From an uncultured Thermoplasmatales archaeon (GTDB lineage: Archaea > Thermoplasmatota > E2 > UBA202 > DSCA01), in NCBI GenBank assembly GCA_964606745.1, contig CAZSHJ010000004.1, positions 1 through 61,227 on the forward strand: a stretch of DNA of 61,227 bases. Direction: 5' to 3'. The position numbers and the translations under genes are program-made. Below the pieces are notes generated by a model. That model was not told the origin of the DNA and did no database searches. It saw nothing but the letters and a program-made list of their open reading frames with translations. This document shows, one piece after another, positions 48,551 to 58,273 of the stretch. The stretch's first letter is position 1. Each line of letters begins with the position of its first letter.

Positions 48551-51086
48551 ACTTTCTCCTTGCCCACAGTACCAGGAATGACGGAAGGATGAATACGGAT
48601 GATATGAAAGCGAACAGTATCGTCAGTGCTGTTATCATCCCGAACTGCTGCAGCGGCGGCATGAGCGAAAAGGAAAGCAGGGCGAAGCCGGCAATGGTTG
48701 TGGCGGCAGCCCCGAACAGCGAGATGCCCGTTGAATTCACCGTTTTATGTGCAGCCTCGTCTATACTGCCGTTCTCAAGTTCCTCCACGAATCTGTGCGA
48801 GATATGGATGCCGTAGGTGATACCCAGACCAACCGTGAGGGACGTGATGGATATTGTCATAATGTTGAGTGACATCCCCATGAGATACATCGAACCCAGA
48901 ATCCATGCCACACAGAAAATGATTGGAATTGCAGTTATGATGCCCAGCGTGACGGACTTATCTCTGAAATAAAATATTGTGGTGAGGATGATGAATGAGG
49001 TCAGTATGGTCAGCATCAACGACATGGTCTGTCCTTCGTTAAGCGTTTTCTCTGTCATCACACCTACTATTTCATCTCCTGTCACGCTCACCTTGAACTG
49101 GTTAAAAGACAAAGCATCTTCCTTCAAATCGTCATAAAGTTTCATTACACTCTTCCTGCCTCCTCCGGTATTTGTCGACACCTGGATAAGCGAGGTATCA
49201 TAACTGCCGTCTTTGTGCAAAACCGAGGTGATAAGTTTTTCATTTGTATTATAAAGGTAATCGTAAAGTGTGGTTATGTTTTCCCTTGTTGTGCCTTCCT
49301 TTGGCATGCCCGAGTCATTGAAATATGTGAAGTAAAGGGAGGAAAAGGTTGTGTCGCCAGACATGAGCGCGTAACCGTGCATCATGGTCGCTATTGACTG
49401 AATTTCTGCCTTGCCGTAAATCTTCACCACGCTTTCATCATCGTATATATTTTTTATGGTTCCGTCCAATGCCCGGTAAAATGATGGACTGCATATGTCT
49501 CCCTTTACGAGCAGGTATGCATGCTGTGCCTCGCCACCCATGAATTCAAAGTTTTCCATCAGATAGTGCAAATCTTGGGTGACATCGAGTTCTTCGGGCA
49601 GGAATTCATCGGTATTGAAAGTCGTATTCAAACCAAGGGAAGCCGCCCCAGAAAGAGCGGTTATGGCAACGGCAATAAAGATAACAACAAGCGGATGGCG
49701 GCTGCCGGCGGTCGCGCCCGCCCCGATGATTTTATTCACTACTCTCTTTCCGTGATTTGTTACGGCACTTTCCTTCCTATTCTTTGGTATGCCTTTGCGG
49801 AGTTGCTGTGCCGCGGGAACGAATAAGAGCATGATGATAAAAGCGGCAAATATGCCGAAAGCACACAGAATGCCGAACTGTTGGAGAAGCTTTATCGGGG
49901 AAACAAGATTTGATAGAAACGCAGCCATGCTTGTAAGCGTTGCAACGAGAAGGGCAGCCCCAACCGTTTTTAGCGTCTTGTAAACCTTTTCTCCGTTCCC
50001 TGCAGTTCCTTCGCCTTCCTCACGGTATCGCATTGTCAGATGGATGCCGTAATCTATGCCAAGCCCCACGAGCAGTACCGGTATTGCCGTCGTCATCGGG
50101 TTGAACTCGAAATGGAACGCAGCCCCGAACCCGTACATCCATATTATGGAAAAAGCAAGGGCGATGATGCTTATGAGGGAATCAACGGCGCTTCTGAAGA
50201 CAATCAGGAGAACTATTATTATCATTATGACGGCAGCAGGCATGAGTATTTCCATGGACTTGTCGGATGCATCGATTATTTTATTCATTATCAGTTTTTC
50301 CCCTAGGGTATCTATTTTCACATGCTGTGCATCTACACTTTTGACTACTTTATCAATCGTCTCCTCGACCTCCAGCGGATTCTTTATTTCAGGGTTAAGA
50401 GAAACAATGATGACGCACCCGTCTGCCGTAAGATTCTGAGAGGAAATGTTGAAGTCTTTGGTTAATGTTCGCGATACCTCTTCTAGGGCTATCCGGGCCT
50501 CTGGGAACATGGAAAAACCCTGCAACTTCTTGATGGACTGTTCCACTGTCATGTTGCTGGGAAAATGAATAAAGGTAAGATTGAGAGTATAGTTTTCTAG
50601 ATGAATGTTGATATTTTCACCTAACAATGCCCTCTTCATCTGGGTTATATTGTATGGATAATTTTTTAACAGGGTGCCATCTCTACCTTGTAGCATTGCT
50701 TCTCCAACTATGCGTGTTGTGGCAAGAATGGTAGGCAAACTGATAATGTTTCCTTCTGAATATGACGGATCTTCAAGATTTGAGCGTATAGTTTCATTGG
50801 CAAGCAGCGCCTCTTCCACCCCAAAAACTTCTGCAAGGCTGTCCCTGTTCAGTATATTTCCACTATTCGACCTTACAAGAATTTGCACGGTATACTGCTC
50901 CGTATAGTTTGAAGTCACATCCCGGTATGCATTCACCACTTCCATATCGGGCATAAAAGATTGCTCGTTCATCTGCGTTGATATGCCGTTGCTGTACATT
51001 GAAAATATCATCACGGCGGTGATTGCCAACACTATTCCAATACTTATCTTCGGATGTTTTGAAATCCATTCATTCATTTCCTTCAT
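48537..51086 (-). CDS. MMPL/RND-family transporter
   Basis: Two TM bundles, GLGIDYGIH and GLGITYGIH. Confidence 0.9.
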   Translation of the reverse strand: MKEMNEWISKHPKISIGIVLAITAVMIFSMYSNGISTQMNEQSFMPDMEVVNAYRDVTSNYTEQYTVQILVRSNSGNILNRDSLAEVFGVEEALLANETIRSNLEDPSYSEGNIISLPTILATTRIVGEAMLQGRDGTLLKNYPYNITQMKRALLGENINIHLENYTLNLTFIHFPSNMTVEQSIKKLQGFSMFPEARIALEEVSRTLTKDFNISSQNLTADGCVIIVSLNPEIKNPLEVEETIDKVVKSVDAQHVKIDTLGEKLIMNKIIDASDKSMEILMPAAVIMIIIVLLIVFRSAVDSLISIIALAFSIIWMYGFGAAFHFEFNPMTTAIPVLLVGLGIDYGIHLTMRYREEGEGTAGNGEKVYKTLKTVGAALLVATLTSMAAFLSNLVSPIKLLQQFGILCAFGIFAAFIIMLLFVPAAQQLRKGIPKNRKESAVTNHGKRVVNKIIGAGATAGSRHPLVVIFIAVAITALSGAASLGLNTTFNTDEFLPEELDVTQDLHYLMENFEFMGGEAQHAYLLVKGDICSPSFYRALDGTIKNIYDDESVVKIYGKAEIQSIATMMHGYALMSGDTTFSSLYFTYFNDSGMPKEGTTRENITTLYDYLYNTNEKLITSVLHKDGSYDTSLIQVSTNTGGGRKSVMKLYDDLKEDALSFNQFKVSVTGDEIVGVMTEKTLNEGQTMSLMLTILTSFIILTTIFYFRDKSVTLGIITAIPIIFCVAWILGSMYLMGMSLNIMTISITSLTVGLGITYGIHISHRFVEELENGSIDEAAHKTVNSTGISLFGAAATTIAGFALLSFSLMPPLQQFGMITALTILFAFISSVFILPSFLVLWARRKYGSD

Positions 51087-51090
51087 TTTT

Positions 51091-51573
51091 TTACCTCTTT
51101 AATTCAACAAGTTTGCGATACGTCTGGTTAAGCACATCTCTTATTTTTCTGCTGTCCACACCCGTCCTGTCCAGTTCTATGGCTTTTGCCCTTATTTTAA
51201 ATATCATGGGAAATTTGCCGTGGTCTTTGAAATGTCCTTCTTTTTTCAATAAATTTTTCAGCTCGCTGTCGCCAAATGTTTCTGCAACACTTGAGGCATA
51301 GTAATTCAACTTTTGATATATATCCTTCCTCAGCTTCTCTCCCCCCTCAAGCACTTTTTTTCCTTTCTCTGTTATGCTGTAAGTTATCCCCCTGCCGTTC
51401 TTTTTCCCCTTGATTATTCCCTCCTTCTCCATCCTCTTCAGCAGTGGATAGATGGAACCGGTACTCGGTTTATAACCCAGTACCTCCTCGCATCTCTTCA
51501 TGATTTTGTAGCCCGTTGCTTTTTCCTCGGAAACAGCCCTCAGCATGAAATATTTAAGAAAAGGTGTTCTCAT
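51091..51573 (-). CDS. PadR-family regulator
   Basis: TGYKIM, PSTGSIYPLL, YSITEKG. Confidence 0.88.
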   Translation of the reverse strand: MRTPFLKYFMLRAVSEEKATGYKIMKRCEEVLGYKPSTGSIYPLLKRMEKEGIIKGKKNGRGITYSITEKGKKVLEGGEKLRKDIYQKLNYYASSVAETFGDSELKNLLKKEGHFKDHGKFPMIFKIRAKAIELDRTGVDSRKIRDVLNQTYRKLVELKR

Positions 51574-51626
51574 ATTACGAAATCGATATAGCGAAATCGA
51601 TATATAAAATTTTTGGTGATGATGAT

Positions 51627-52325
51627 CTACTTTGCTATCAGGGCGCGCATCCAGTCTGCCACATTTTCGGCATGGTCTGCAATATCATCTGTCCAGTCCG
51701 CTATCTTCAGAAGGTGGTATATATCCATAGGGGGTAATTCCTTCTCCATCTTGTAAATTTCCTTGGCAAGCTCGTATCTCCTCTGGTCAGCCTCCCACTC
51801 CTTCCTGTGCACATTGCGAATGTAACTCTTTACCTCTTCCCTGTCCTTCCTTACGAAACTGCTTTCCACCAAATCCTTTACCTTGCTAATCACCTTATCC
51901 ATCTCATTTACCGTATCAGCCACCAGATGTACATGCTCGATAAACAGTTCTTTGAGCTTTATGGGGATGTTTGTGTGTCGCATATCCATGAGTTGGGCAA
52001 GGTTCTCTGCATGGTCGAGTATGGCATCCTGCTCTCTCAACAGCCATACGAAGTACTTCTTGTCCACCGGCATTAGGATGGAACTCGGCAGGTGAGAACG
52101 TATATTTCCTTTTATTAGATCTGCCTCATGCTCCAGCTCCGATATCTTTTTTGCGGATTTATCAAAATCTTTGATATCTCCTCTGTAATATTTCACCAGC
52201 GCATCCTCCAGTATTGATGTGCACTCCTTGACCTTATCCATATGCTCGAGCAACCCGGTAAACGGGGACTTCTTGCGGTATATTCCTGAAACAGGAGACC
52301 TTGTATGTGCTGTCTTCCCTTTCAT
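51627..52325 (-). CDS. DUF47/TIGR00153 phosphate transport regulator
   Basis: LEHEADLIK, EWEAD, IADHAENVAD; coupled to pit. Confidence 0.88.
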   Translation of the reverse strand: MKGKTAHTRSPVSGIYRKKSPFTGLLEHMDKVKECTSILEDALVKYYRGDIKDFDKSAKKISELEHEADLIKGNIRSHLPSSILMPVDKKYFVWLLREQDAILDHAENLAQLMDMRHTNIPIKLKELFIEHVHLVADTVNEMDKVISKVKDLVESSFVRKDREEVKSYIRNVHRKEWEADQRRYELAKEIYKMEKELPPMDIYHLLKIADWTDDIADHAENVADWMRALIAK

Positions 52326-52326
52326 G

Positions 52327-53568
52327 TTAAAATACAATTGATAAACCTCTATAAATTAATATCGATAGGATAATGGCTGCGGGAAGCGTGAACGCCCACG
52401 AGTAGACTATTTTTTTAATTACACTCAAATCGACCGCCTCCAGCCCCTTTGCCAGCCCCACGCCTATGATTGCCCCTACGACCGTGTGCGAGGTTGAAAT
52501 CGGCAGCCCGAGCCTTGAGGCCACAAGTACAGTTGTTGCAGTCCCAAAATCAACTGAAAAACCCCTTGTGTTCGTGAGTGCCGTTATCTTTGAACCCAGC
52601 GTACGCATTACCTTGTATCCCCACGTCATTATACCGGCGGCTATTCCTATTCCTCCAAGTGCGAGAAGGTAGTATGAAAAATCACTGCCGGCAAGCGAGG
52701 TATTTTCCAAGGCGGTGGTTACAACTACGGAAAGAGGGGCGATTGCATTGGCGACATCATTTGCTCCGTGGGAAAGTGCAACATAACATGAAGTGATTAT
52801 TTGCAACTTTCTGAATAAAAACTCGACAGCGTCATAGCCCTCCCCGATAGCCATTCTTCCAACGATGAAAATGCCTGCCACAGCCGACACAACAAAAACA
52901 GCAATGGAACAAAATATAATCTGTTTTTCCCCCGTGAAAAGCATATCGCCAAGATGTGTCTTCGTAAAGAGGGAAATGAAGATGATAAAAAAAGTCAGTC
53001 CGATAAACAGAGGACCGAATTTCTTTGCAGATTCCTCGGGCTTGCCGGATGCAAATACAAAATGCACGATGGAGCGAAAGACCAGAAAGGCTATTACAGC
53101 CCCTGCGACAGGGGACAAAATCCATGATGATGCCACCTCACCGAGTTTTCCCCATATGATTGCATCCGTTCCTCCTGTTATGAAACCGAAGCCGGTTATG
53201 CCCCCTATGATGGCGTGTGTTGTCGATACCGGAAGTTCCTTCCATGTAGCAATGGTTACAAAAATGGCGGCTGCAAGTATGGATGCCAAAAAGCCAAGCA
53301 TGACTGTATGCGGATCACCTATCATATCTGTGTTCACAATACCTTTTTCCAGGGTATGCTTTACGTCGCTTCCAAGAAAAATGGCACCCAGAAAATTCAA
53401 TATGGCAGCGATGAGTACGGCCTGTCGGAGTGTTATGGCCTTCGCACCGACGGCAGTGGACATGGAGTTTGCAACGTCATTGGCACCTATATTCCATGCC
53501 ATGTACAGACCGGATATTATCGCTACTATGACTAGTAGGAAAGTCATCGGTTCCATGCCGAATATCAT
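52327..53568 (-). CDS. pit: PiT-family inorganic phosphate transporter
   Basis: GANDVANS, PVSTTH, HGANDVANA, PISTSH. Confidence 0.95.
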   Translation of the reverse strand: MIFGMEPMTFLLVIVAIISGLYMAWNIGANDVANSMSTAVGAKAITLRQAVLIAAILNFLGAIFLGSDVKHTLEKGIVNTDMIGDPHTVMLGFLASILAAAIFVTIATWKELPVSTTHAIIGGITGFGFITGGTDAIIWGKLGEVASSWILSPVAGAVIAFLVFRSIVHFVFASGKPEESAKKFGPLFIGLTFFIIFISLFTKTHLGDMLFTGEKQIIFCSIAVFVVSAVAGIFIVGRMAIGEGYDAVEFLFRKLQIITSCYVALSHGANDVANAIAPLSVVVTTALENTSLAGSDFSYYLLALGGIGIAAGIMTWGYKVMRTLGSKITALTNTRGFSVDFGTATTVLVASRLGLPISTSHTVVGAIIGVGLAKGLEAVDLSVIKKIVYSWAFTLPAAIILSILIYRGLSIVF

Positions 53569-53590
53569 TGAAAGTTAATGTCCTATGGAT

Positions 53591-54280
53591 TTAAAAATTA
53601 TCACCTTTGGCAGGTAATTCGATGGTCACTTTCCCGCCCTTTACATCCCCTGAGTTTTTCATCGGGGAAAGCATGCCCCTTATGGTGTTTTCTACCACTT
53701 CTCCGACGAATTTGTTAAGCGGCAGGTTTTCGCCGTCCACCGATATTCTCACCCCTCCTGCCCGAAGCACCCTGCAGTCATCAATTGTAGCATCACCTTC
53801 CATTATCGCCTCTGCCATCTCGCCGCATGTGGCATGGCCGCATTCACCGCAGTCGATACGGGGCAGTTTTTCGAGTATCCTTTCTTTCTCAATCTCACTA
53901 AAAATGTATTTGTATGCTTCCTCAACCGTAGGATTTTTCATGATTACATTTTCTCCTTCTCCCCCTCCGAGCCATATTTTTGGATAGCCTGACTTCTTGA
54001 AGCCCTCCAGCAGAACAACATCTACGTCGATCAGGGCAGCAATTTCTTCTGCATCCATCCTTTTATTGAAAAAAACGGCTGTTTCTTTCTCTGCGGTTAT
54101 TGCGGAGGCATAAGCCCCCGCCTCCGAGTGCCTTGATGTATCCTTTTCCCTCACATCTATTCCATCCATATGGGTATCTTTTATGGTCAGCACATCGTAC
54201 TTATCTTCAAGCAGGGACAGAAGCCCTTCAATAAATGTCGTCTTTCCGGCCCCTTGGTAGCCACTGATTGCAATAATCAT
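53591..54280 (-). CDS. mobB: Molybdopterin-guanine dinucleotide biosynthesis protein B with Fe-S domain
   Basis: GYQGAGKTT, KDTSRH, LLEGFK, DCGECGHATC. Confidence 0.88.
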   Translation of the reverse strand: MIIAISGYQGAGKTTFIEGLLSLLEDKYDVLTIKDTHMDGIDVREKDTSRHSEAGAYASAITAEKETAVFFNKRMDAEEIAALIDVDVVLLEGFKKSGYPKIWLGGGEGENVIMKNPTVEEAYKYIFSEIEKERILEKLPRIDCGECGHATCGEMAEAIMEGDATIDDCRVLRAGGVRISVDGENLPLNKFVGEVVENTIRGMLSPMKNSGDVKGGKVTIELPAKGDNF

Positions 54281-54398
54281 GATTTCGAATGTGAACGGAA
54301 TTATTAAATTGTTGGGGATTAATATTTTTTACTTTTTATTTTTACCCAAAATATCCCCAATTTCACCCACCAAATCAACGATAATATCGCTGATATAA

Positions 54399-54497
54399 TT
54401 TGGAGTAGATTTACAACACTACACATATCTTGATGAGAATGAGTTGAAGGAGATTTACAATAAAGTAATTCCCGATTATATGATAACCAAAGCATAA
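54399..54497 (+). pseudogene. Tyrosine-integrase 3' stub 1 (repeat Z1)
   Basis: My translation FGVDLQHYTYLDENELKEIYNKVIPDYMITKA* aligns with VDLRHYAYLDAGDLKKIYDKV at 60859-61014. Confidence 0.65.
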
Positions 54498-54519
54498 ATT
54501 TACATTATATCATATTCTT

Positions 54520-56046
54520 TTATGTAAATACTTGGACAGCATATTCTGTTATTGTTTGAGTTTTTTCTGTATCTGTTGTAAGAAGATTAAATCTCAGTAC
54601 TAAATCGTTATCGTCACCGTCGCATTCGATAATAGTGTTCAAATCTTGTGATGTTGCATCCCAAGTTAATCCTCCATCTGATGATACATCTACGGTTACT
54701 ATAGTATCGGTGGGTACATTAACTTCTGCAACTATAAAAATGGAGTTTATATCAGAATTGAATGCAAAACTGTTAGTCTGAATGATGCTATTTGAAAACT
54801 CGGCTTTATATGTTTCAATATTTGACGATTGTATAACAGGACTATAAGTGGTTACAAAAGCTATTGAACTTGAATAGATTGGCTTAAATTCTACTCCATT
54901 TGGTTCCATGCCTCGATCAATTGCGAAATAGCAAATATAAACCCAATGTTCTTGGATTGCGTCATAAACCCATAAGTATAAACGAGCATGTTGGGCCACA
55001 TCTCTGCACCCAATGTCTGCCGTAACTTTGCCAATCCAAGCTTCATCAAAATGATGCCTTCTAATTACTCGTACATCTGCACCCCATCCAACTCTTTCTT
55101 CCATTCCAGGTTCCGTTGAATGCGGTAGTACTGAATTAGAATTTTGACATATATATCTATCATAATCGTATGAGTGAATGTCAGCACTCCATTCAGCATT
55201 TGTTGCTCCACCTCCTTCGTTTGGCATACTATCTTTTACAGTAAATATTCCTTTGTAATTTGCATTCGTATTTCCAACATCTATTGTATTGAGTGCTCCG
55301 CTCTCCTGAGTCATGATGTCTACAGTTGCAGTGTCGTAATGATTGTGTATTTCTGTCAAGCCTATGCTCATAGTTTCTGATAGGTAGTAGCTGTTCCACA
55401 AAGTTTGGATTATGTTCTGTAAATGTGCCGTTAAATAATCCTCATCTACAGGTCCTGCTGGTCCCATCGGTCCAGTATCTCCTGTACTGCCTTTATCTCC
55501 CTGCAGACCTTGCTCTCCTTGAGGTCCAGTTTCTCCCTGCAGACCTTGCCCTCCTTGCGGTCCTTGAGGTCCAGTATAACCCCTTGGTCCTCGCAGTCCT
55601 GTTTCGCCTTGAGGTCCAGGTGGTCCTCGAGGTCCTTCGGGACCAATTAATCCTGTTGGGTTTCCCATCCAGTTTCCATTGCTATCGATTATGATATTTC
55701 CATTTATTGCAAGATTACCAAATATATCCAGTTTGGCATTTGGATTGTTTGTCCCAATGCCTACATTGCCTTCTGGTATTAAGAACAAATTTGGTGGATT
55801 GCTCCAGTAATCCCAGTCTTTGTTGAGTATTCTATAATTTGGCAATGATGTAGAATCTTCAGACTCACCCATTTTATTTACTTCTTCCTGCAAGTTTTGA
55901 AAGACATTGTTTTCTGTTTCACTTTCCGATATAATACTATCTCTTTCTACATCGTTTTTATCTCCGTTCATTGTTCCTGCTATTGGTAAAACAACAGAGA
56001 CAATGAGTACCATACAAACTACTATACCCAATTTTTTTGCCATCAT
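54520..56046 (-). CDS. Exported collagen-repeat protein with phage tail-fibre-like motifs
   Basis: Signal peptide; [16 protein letters not shown]; 23 G-X-Y triplets (55447-55653); C-terminal VSSDGGLTW beta domain. Confidence 0.8.
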   Translation of the reverse strand: MMAKKLGIVVCMVLIVSVVLPIAGTMNGDKNDVERDSIISESETENNVFQNLQEEVNKMGESEDSTSLPNYRILNKDWDYWSNPPNLFLIPEGNVGIGTNNPNAKLDIFGNLAINGNIIIDSNGNWMGNPTGLIGPEGPRGPPGPQGETGLRGPRGYTGPQGPQGGQGLQGETGPQGEQGLQGDKGSTGDTGPMGPAGPVDEDYLTAHLQNIIQTLWNSYYLSETMSIGLTEIHNHYDTATVDIMTQESGALNTIDVGNTNANYKGIFTVKDSMPNEGGGATNAEWSADIHSYDYDRYICQNSNSVLPHSTEPGMEERVGWGADVRVIRRHHFDEAWIGKVTADIGCRDVAQHARLYLWVYDAIQEHWVYICYFAIDRGMEPNGVEFKPIYSSSIAFVTTYSPVIQSSNIETYKAEFSNSIIQTNSFAFNSDINSIFIVAEVNVPTDTIVTVDVSSDGGLTWDATSQDLNTIIECDGDDNDLVLRFNLLTTDTEKTQTITEYAVQVFT

Positions 56047-56251
56047 GTTTTCTCCCCAATAAGCAATATAAAACCAAAGATAAATCTTTTGTATAGCACA
56101 ATTGACAACTCAACTATAGTTAACAAATAGTTTTCAAGATATTCCGAAATAGTTACGCCAAACAGATGCAACTTAACTATCTGTTCCTAAAGAATTTTTT
56201 TAAGGCTCATCGATTTTTGTTTTTCTTAACTTTTTAGCCATGTATTAAATT

Positions 56252-56382
56252 GGCAGAATGTATCAAATAATTTCAGTCTACAAGATATACTGCCCCGTGG
56301 AGTCTGGTTTCCCTCTTGAAGCAATGCCCTTGTGACAGGATGCTCATCCAGTTAATGATGTAACTTTTTATCTAACTTTATT
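56252..56382. repeat. Intergenic repeat X, copy 1
   Basis: Shares TATCAAATAATT, ACAAGATATA, GCCCCGTG, TTTCCCTCTTGAAGC and ATGTAACTTTTTATCTAACTTTATT with 58086-58217. Confidence 0.85.
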
Positions 56383-56389
56383 CTTGATT

Positions 56390-56496
56390 GTTACGAATCT
56401 AAGCAGGGGTTGGTATGATTACACCTTCTTGCCCATTTTTGGTGTTTTTCTTATCTGTTGGAATGGGTTATTTTGTAACATTATTGACATGGTTTT
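56390..56496. repeat. Intergenic repeat Y, copy 1
   Basis: 59-bp core 56406-56464 is 58/59 identical to 59900-59958. Confidence 0.9.
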
Positions 56497-56644
56497 CTGT
56501 CCTATAAGCAACTACATGGAATTTATGCATCAGTGCAGGAGAATTCGAGGTAAAGAAGAGAGCTTTAAAGGTGATATTTGATATAGTAGTGACAAAAATA
56601 AATAATTTAGGTCTTATGTTGTGCTGTATCTTATTGCCGAGTAT

Positions 56645-57013
56645 TTATTCAGCAACCTGTCTTACTTTATCACCTATTCTAACTGATGATTTTTCTTCTT
56701 CTTCTTTTTTTTCTTCTTCAGACACAATTAATCTATCCCTTATATTAGCCATACTTGTTAGAATGGGAAAGGTGGAATACGAAGGAGTTGTTGCTCTGCT
56801 CATTTTTTCTTGCACTTCTCTCACGACCACTCTTGCCTTTACTATCTCAATATTACCTAATACGTTCCCAGTATCAGGATCTTTAATAGAGCTGCCCTCA
56901 TCGTATATTATAAAAGTCATTCCTTCCTTAACTCCGTGCTCAAGTCCACGATTAATATAAACAGTATACTCGTCTAAAATTCTAGCAATCTTGCCCCTAA
57001 TTAATTCAGCCAT
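56645..57013 (-). CDS. FlgT-C-like beta-barrel protein
   Basis: VYINRGLEHGVKEGMTF, IKDPDTGNVLG, VVREVQEKMS. Confidence 0.65.
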   Translation of the reverse strand: MAELIRGKIARILDEYTVYINRGLEHGVKEGMTFIIYDEGSSIKDPDTGNVLGNIEIVKARVVVREVQEKMSRATTPSYSTFPILTSMANIRDRLIVSEEEKKEEEEKSSVRIGDKVRQVAE

Positions 57014-57052
57014 TTTATCATCCTTCGTAAACCAAGAAATAGGTCACATTTT

Positions 57053-58036
57053 TTAAATATTTCCCATCATCGATTTTGTAACAAATACGGTTTTTTCCAA
57101 ATCACGGATGTCTGTTCCTTTGAAGATAGTTGGTATATGAACATACAACCTATTGCTGAATGCAGCTAAAACGTTGTTATTAAGCAAAATGTTGTTTACC
57201 TTTTCTCCCCATATGTCCTTGGAATCATCATCACACATGTAATATGCTTGGGCAAGGTCATCACTTTTCTGGAGATGAAAAACTTTCAAAGTCCCGCAAT
57301 ATTGCTCAATGCCACTCTCAATATTGAATAATTTTAATATCATGCCATTCTTTAAATATTTGCAATTTTTAATTATGGCAATCGGATGCCCTTTATTAAT
57401 TATTCTAAATTCAATAACTTTCGCATCTTCTCCATCAATTTCTTTTTGATACTTTTTAGACCAAATAATAGCTTCATATACGCTTATCATTTCCATGATT
57501 AAATCAAGTTGATTTGGTAAGATTTTTTTCTTTATATACCCAATTCCTTCAATCCCAGTTAAACGAGATATTAAATTAATTGTAAGACCCCCCCAGTCAC
57601 AGTAGGGTATATCAATGTATCTTATAAATCCTAAATCTGAGGGAATATACCTCTTTCCATCAATTTTTTGTGATAAAACTAAAACAGGTTTTTGGAACCC
57701 ATAAGCCATACCCAATTCTAACATTACATTTTCTTTTATTACTGATGACCCACCATTTTTTATCGGAGTTATGTCAGCAATACATATCTGACAAGATTGG
57801 ATCTTCTTACATATATCGCAAAATAAGCCCTTTTCTGGTGATATTTGTCTATCCGCAGTAATTAATTCGAAATTATTCTTGCCATACCTTGTTTCGAGTC
57901 CTATCTCAACTGCCAACTCTCGTAGTTCTCTTTCTCCATCGAAGGGCTCAATTAGGAAATAATGATTGGGATTTATTTTGATAGGACTGTAAGGACATTG
58001 CCCAACAACTGGACAGACTTTTATTTCTTCGTACAT
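57053..58036 (-). CDS. Nucleoside-2-deoxyribosyltransferase-like (TIR-like fold) domain plus C-terminal beta-barrel
   Basis: FLIEPF, ICIADIT, NVMLELGMAYG, KPVLVL, IPSDL..IRYI. Confidence 0.7.
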   Translation of the reverse strand: MYEEIKVCPVVGQCPYSPIKINPNHYFLIEPFDGERELRELAVEIGLETRYGKNNFELITADRQISPEKGLFCDICKKIQSCQICIADITPIKNGGSSVIKENVMLELGMAYGFQKPVLVLSQKIDGKRYIPSDLGFIRYIDIPYCDWGGLTINLISRLTGIEGIGYIKKKILPNQLDLIMEMISVYEAIIWSKKYQKEIDGEDAKVIEFRIINKGHPIAIIKNCKYLKNGMILKLFNIESGIEQYCGTLKVFHLQKSDDLAQAYYMCDDDSKDIWGEKVNNILLNNNVLAAFSNRLYVHIPTIFKGTDIRDLEKTVFVTKSMMGNI

Positions 58037-58085
58037 TTTATGTTCAGTAAGTGAATGGATAACTATAACTTAATATTTTTTGATG

Positions 58086-58217
58086 GGCAGGTTATATCAA
58101 ATAATTCTAATTGACAAGATATAACGCCCCGTGTAGTTACTTTCCCTCTTGAAGCGAATGCTCTTTATGATGTGATGTCCGTTCAATGAATAATGTAACT
58201 TTTTATCTAACTTTATT
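58086..58217. repeat. Intergenic repeat X, copy 2
   Basis: Homologous to 56252-56382. Confidence 0.85.
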
Positions 58218-58273
58218 ACTTTACAAAATAGAGTTTTTAAAGATTTTCAAAGAGCATTATTTTATCAGATATT

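Noticed and set aside
56384-56581. 65-aa ORF spanning repeat Y
   Set aside because: The frame is not preserved in the second Y copy, so Y is treated as non-coding.
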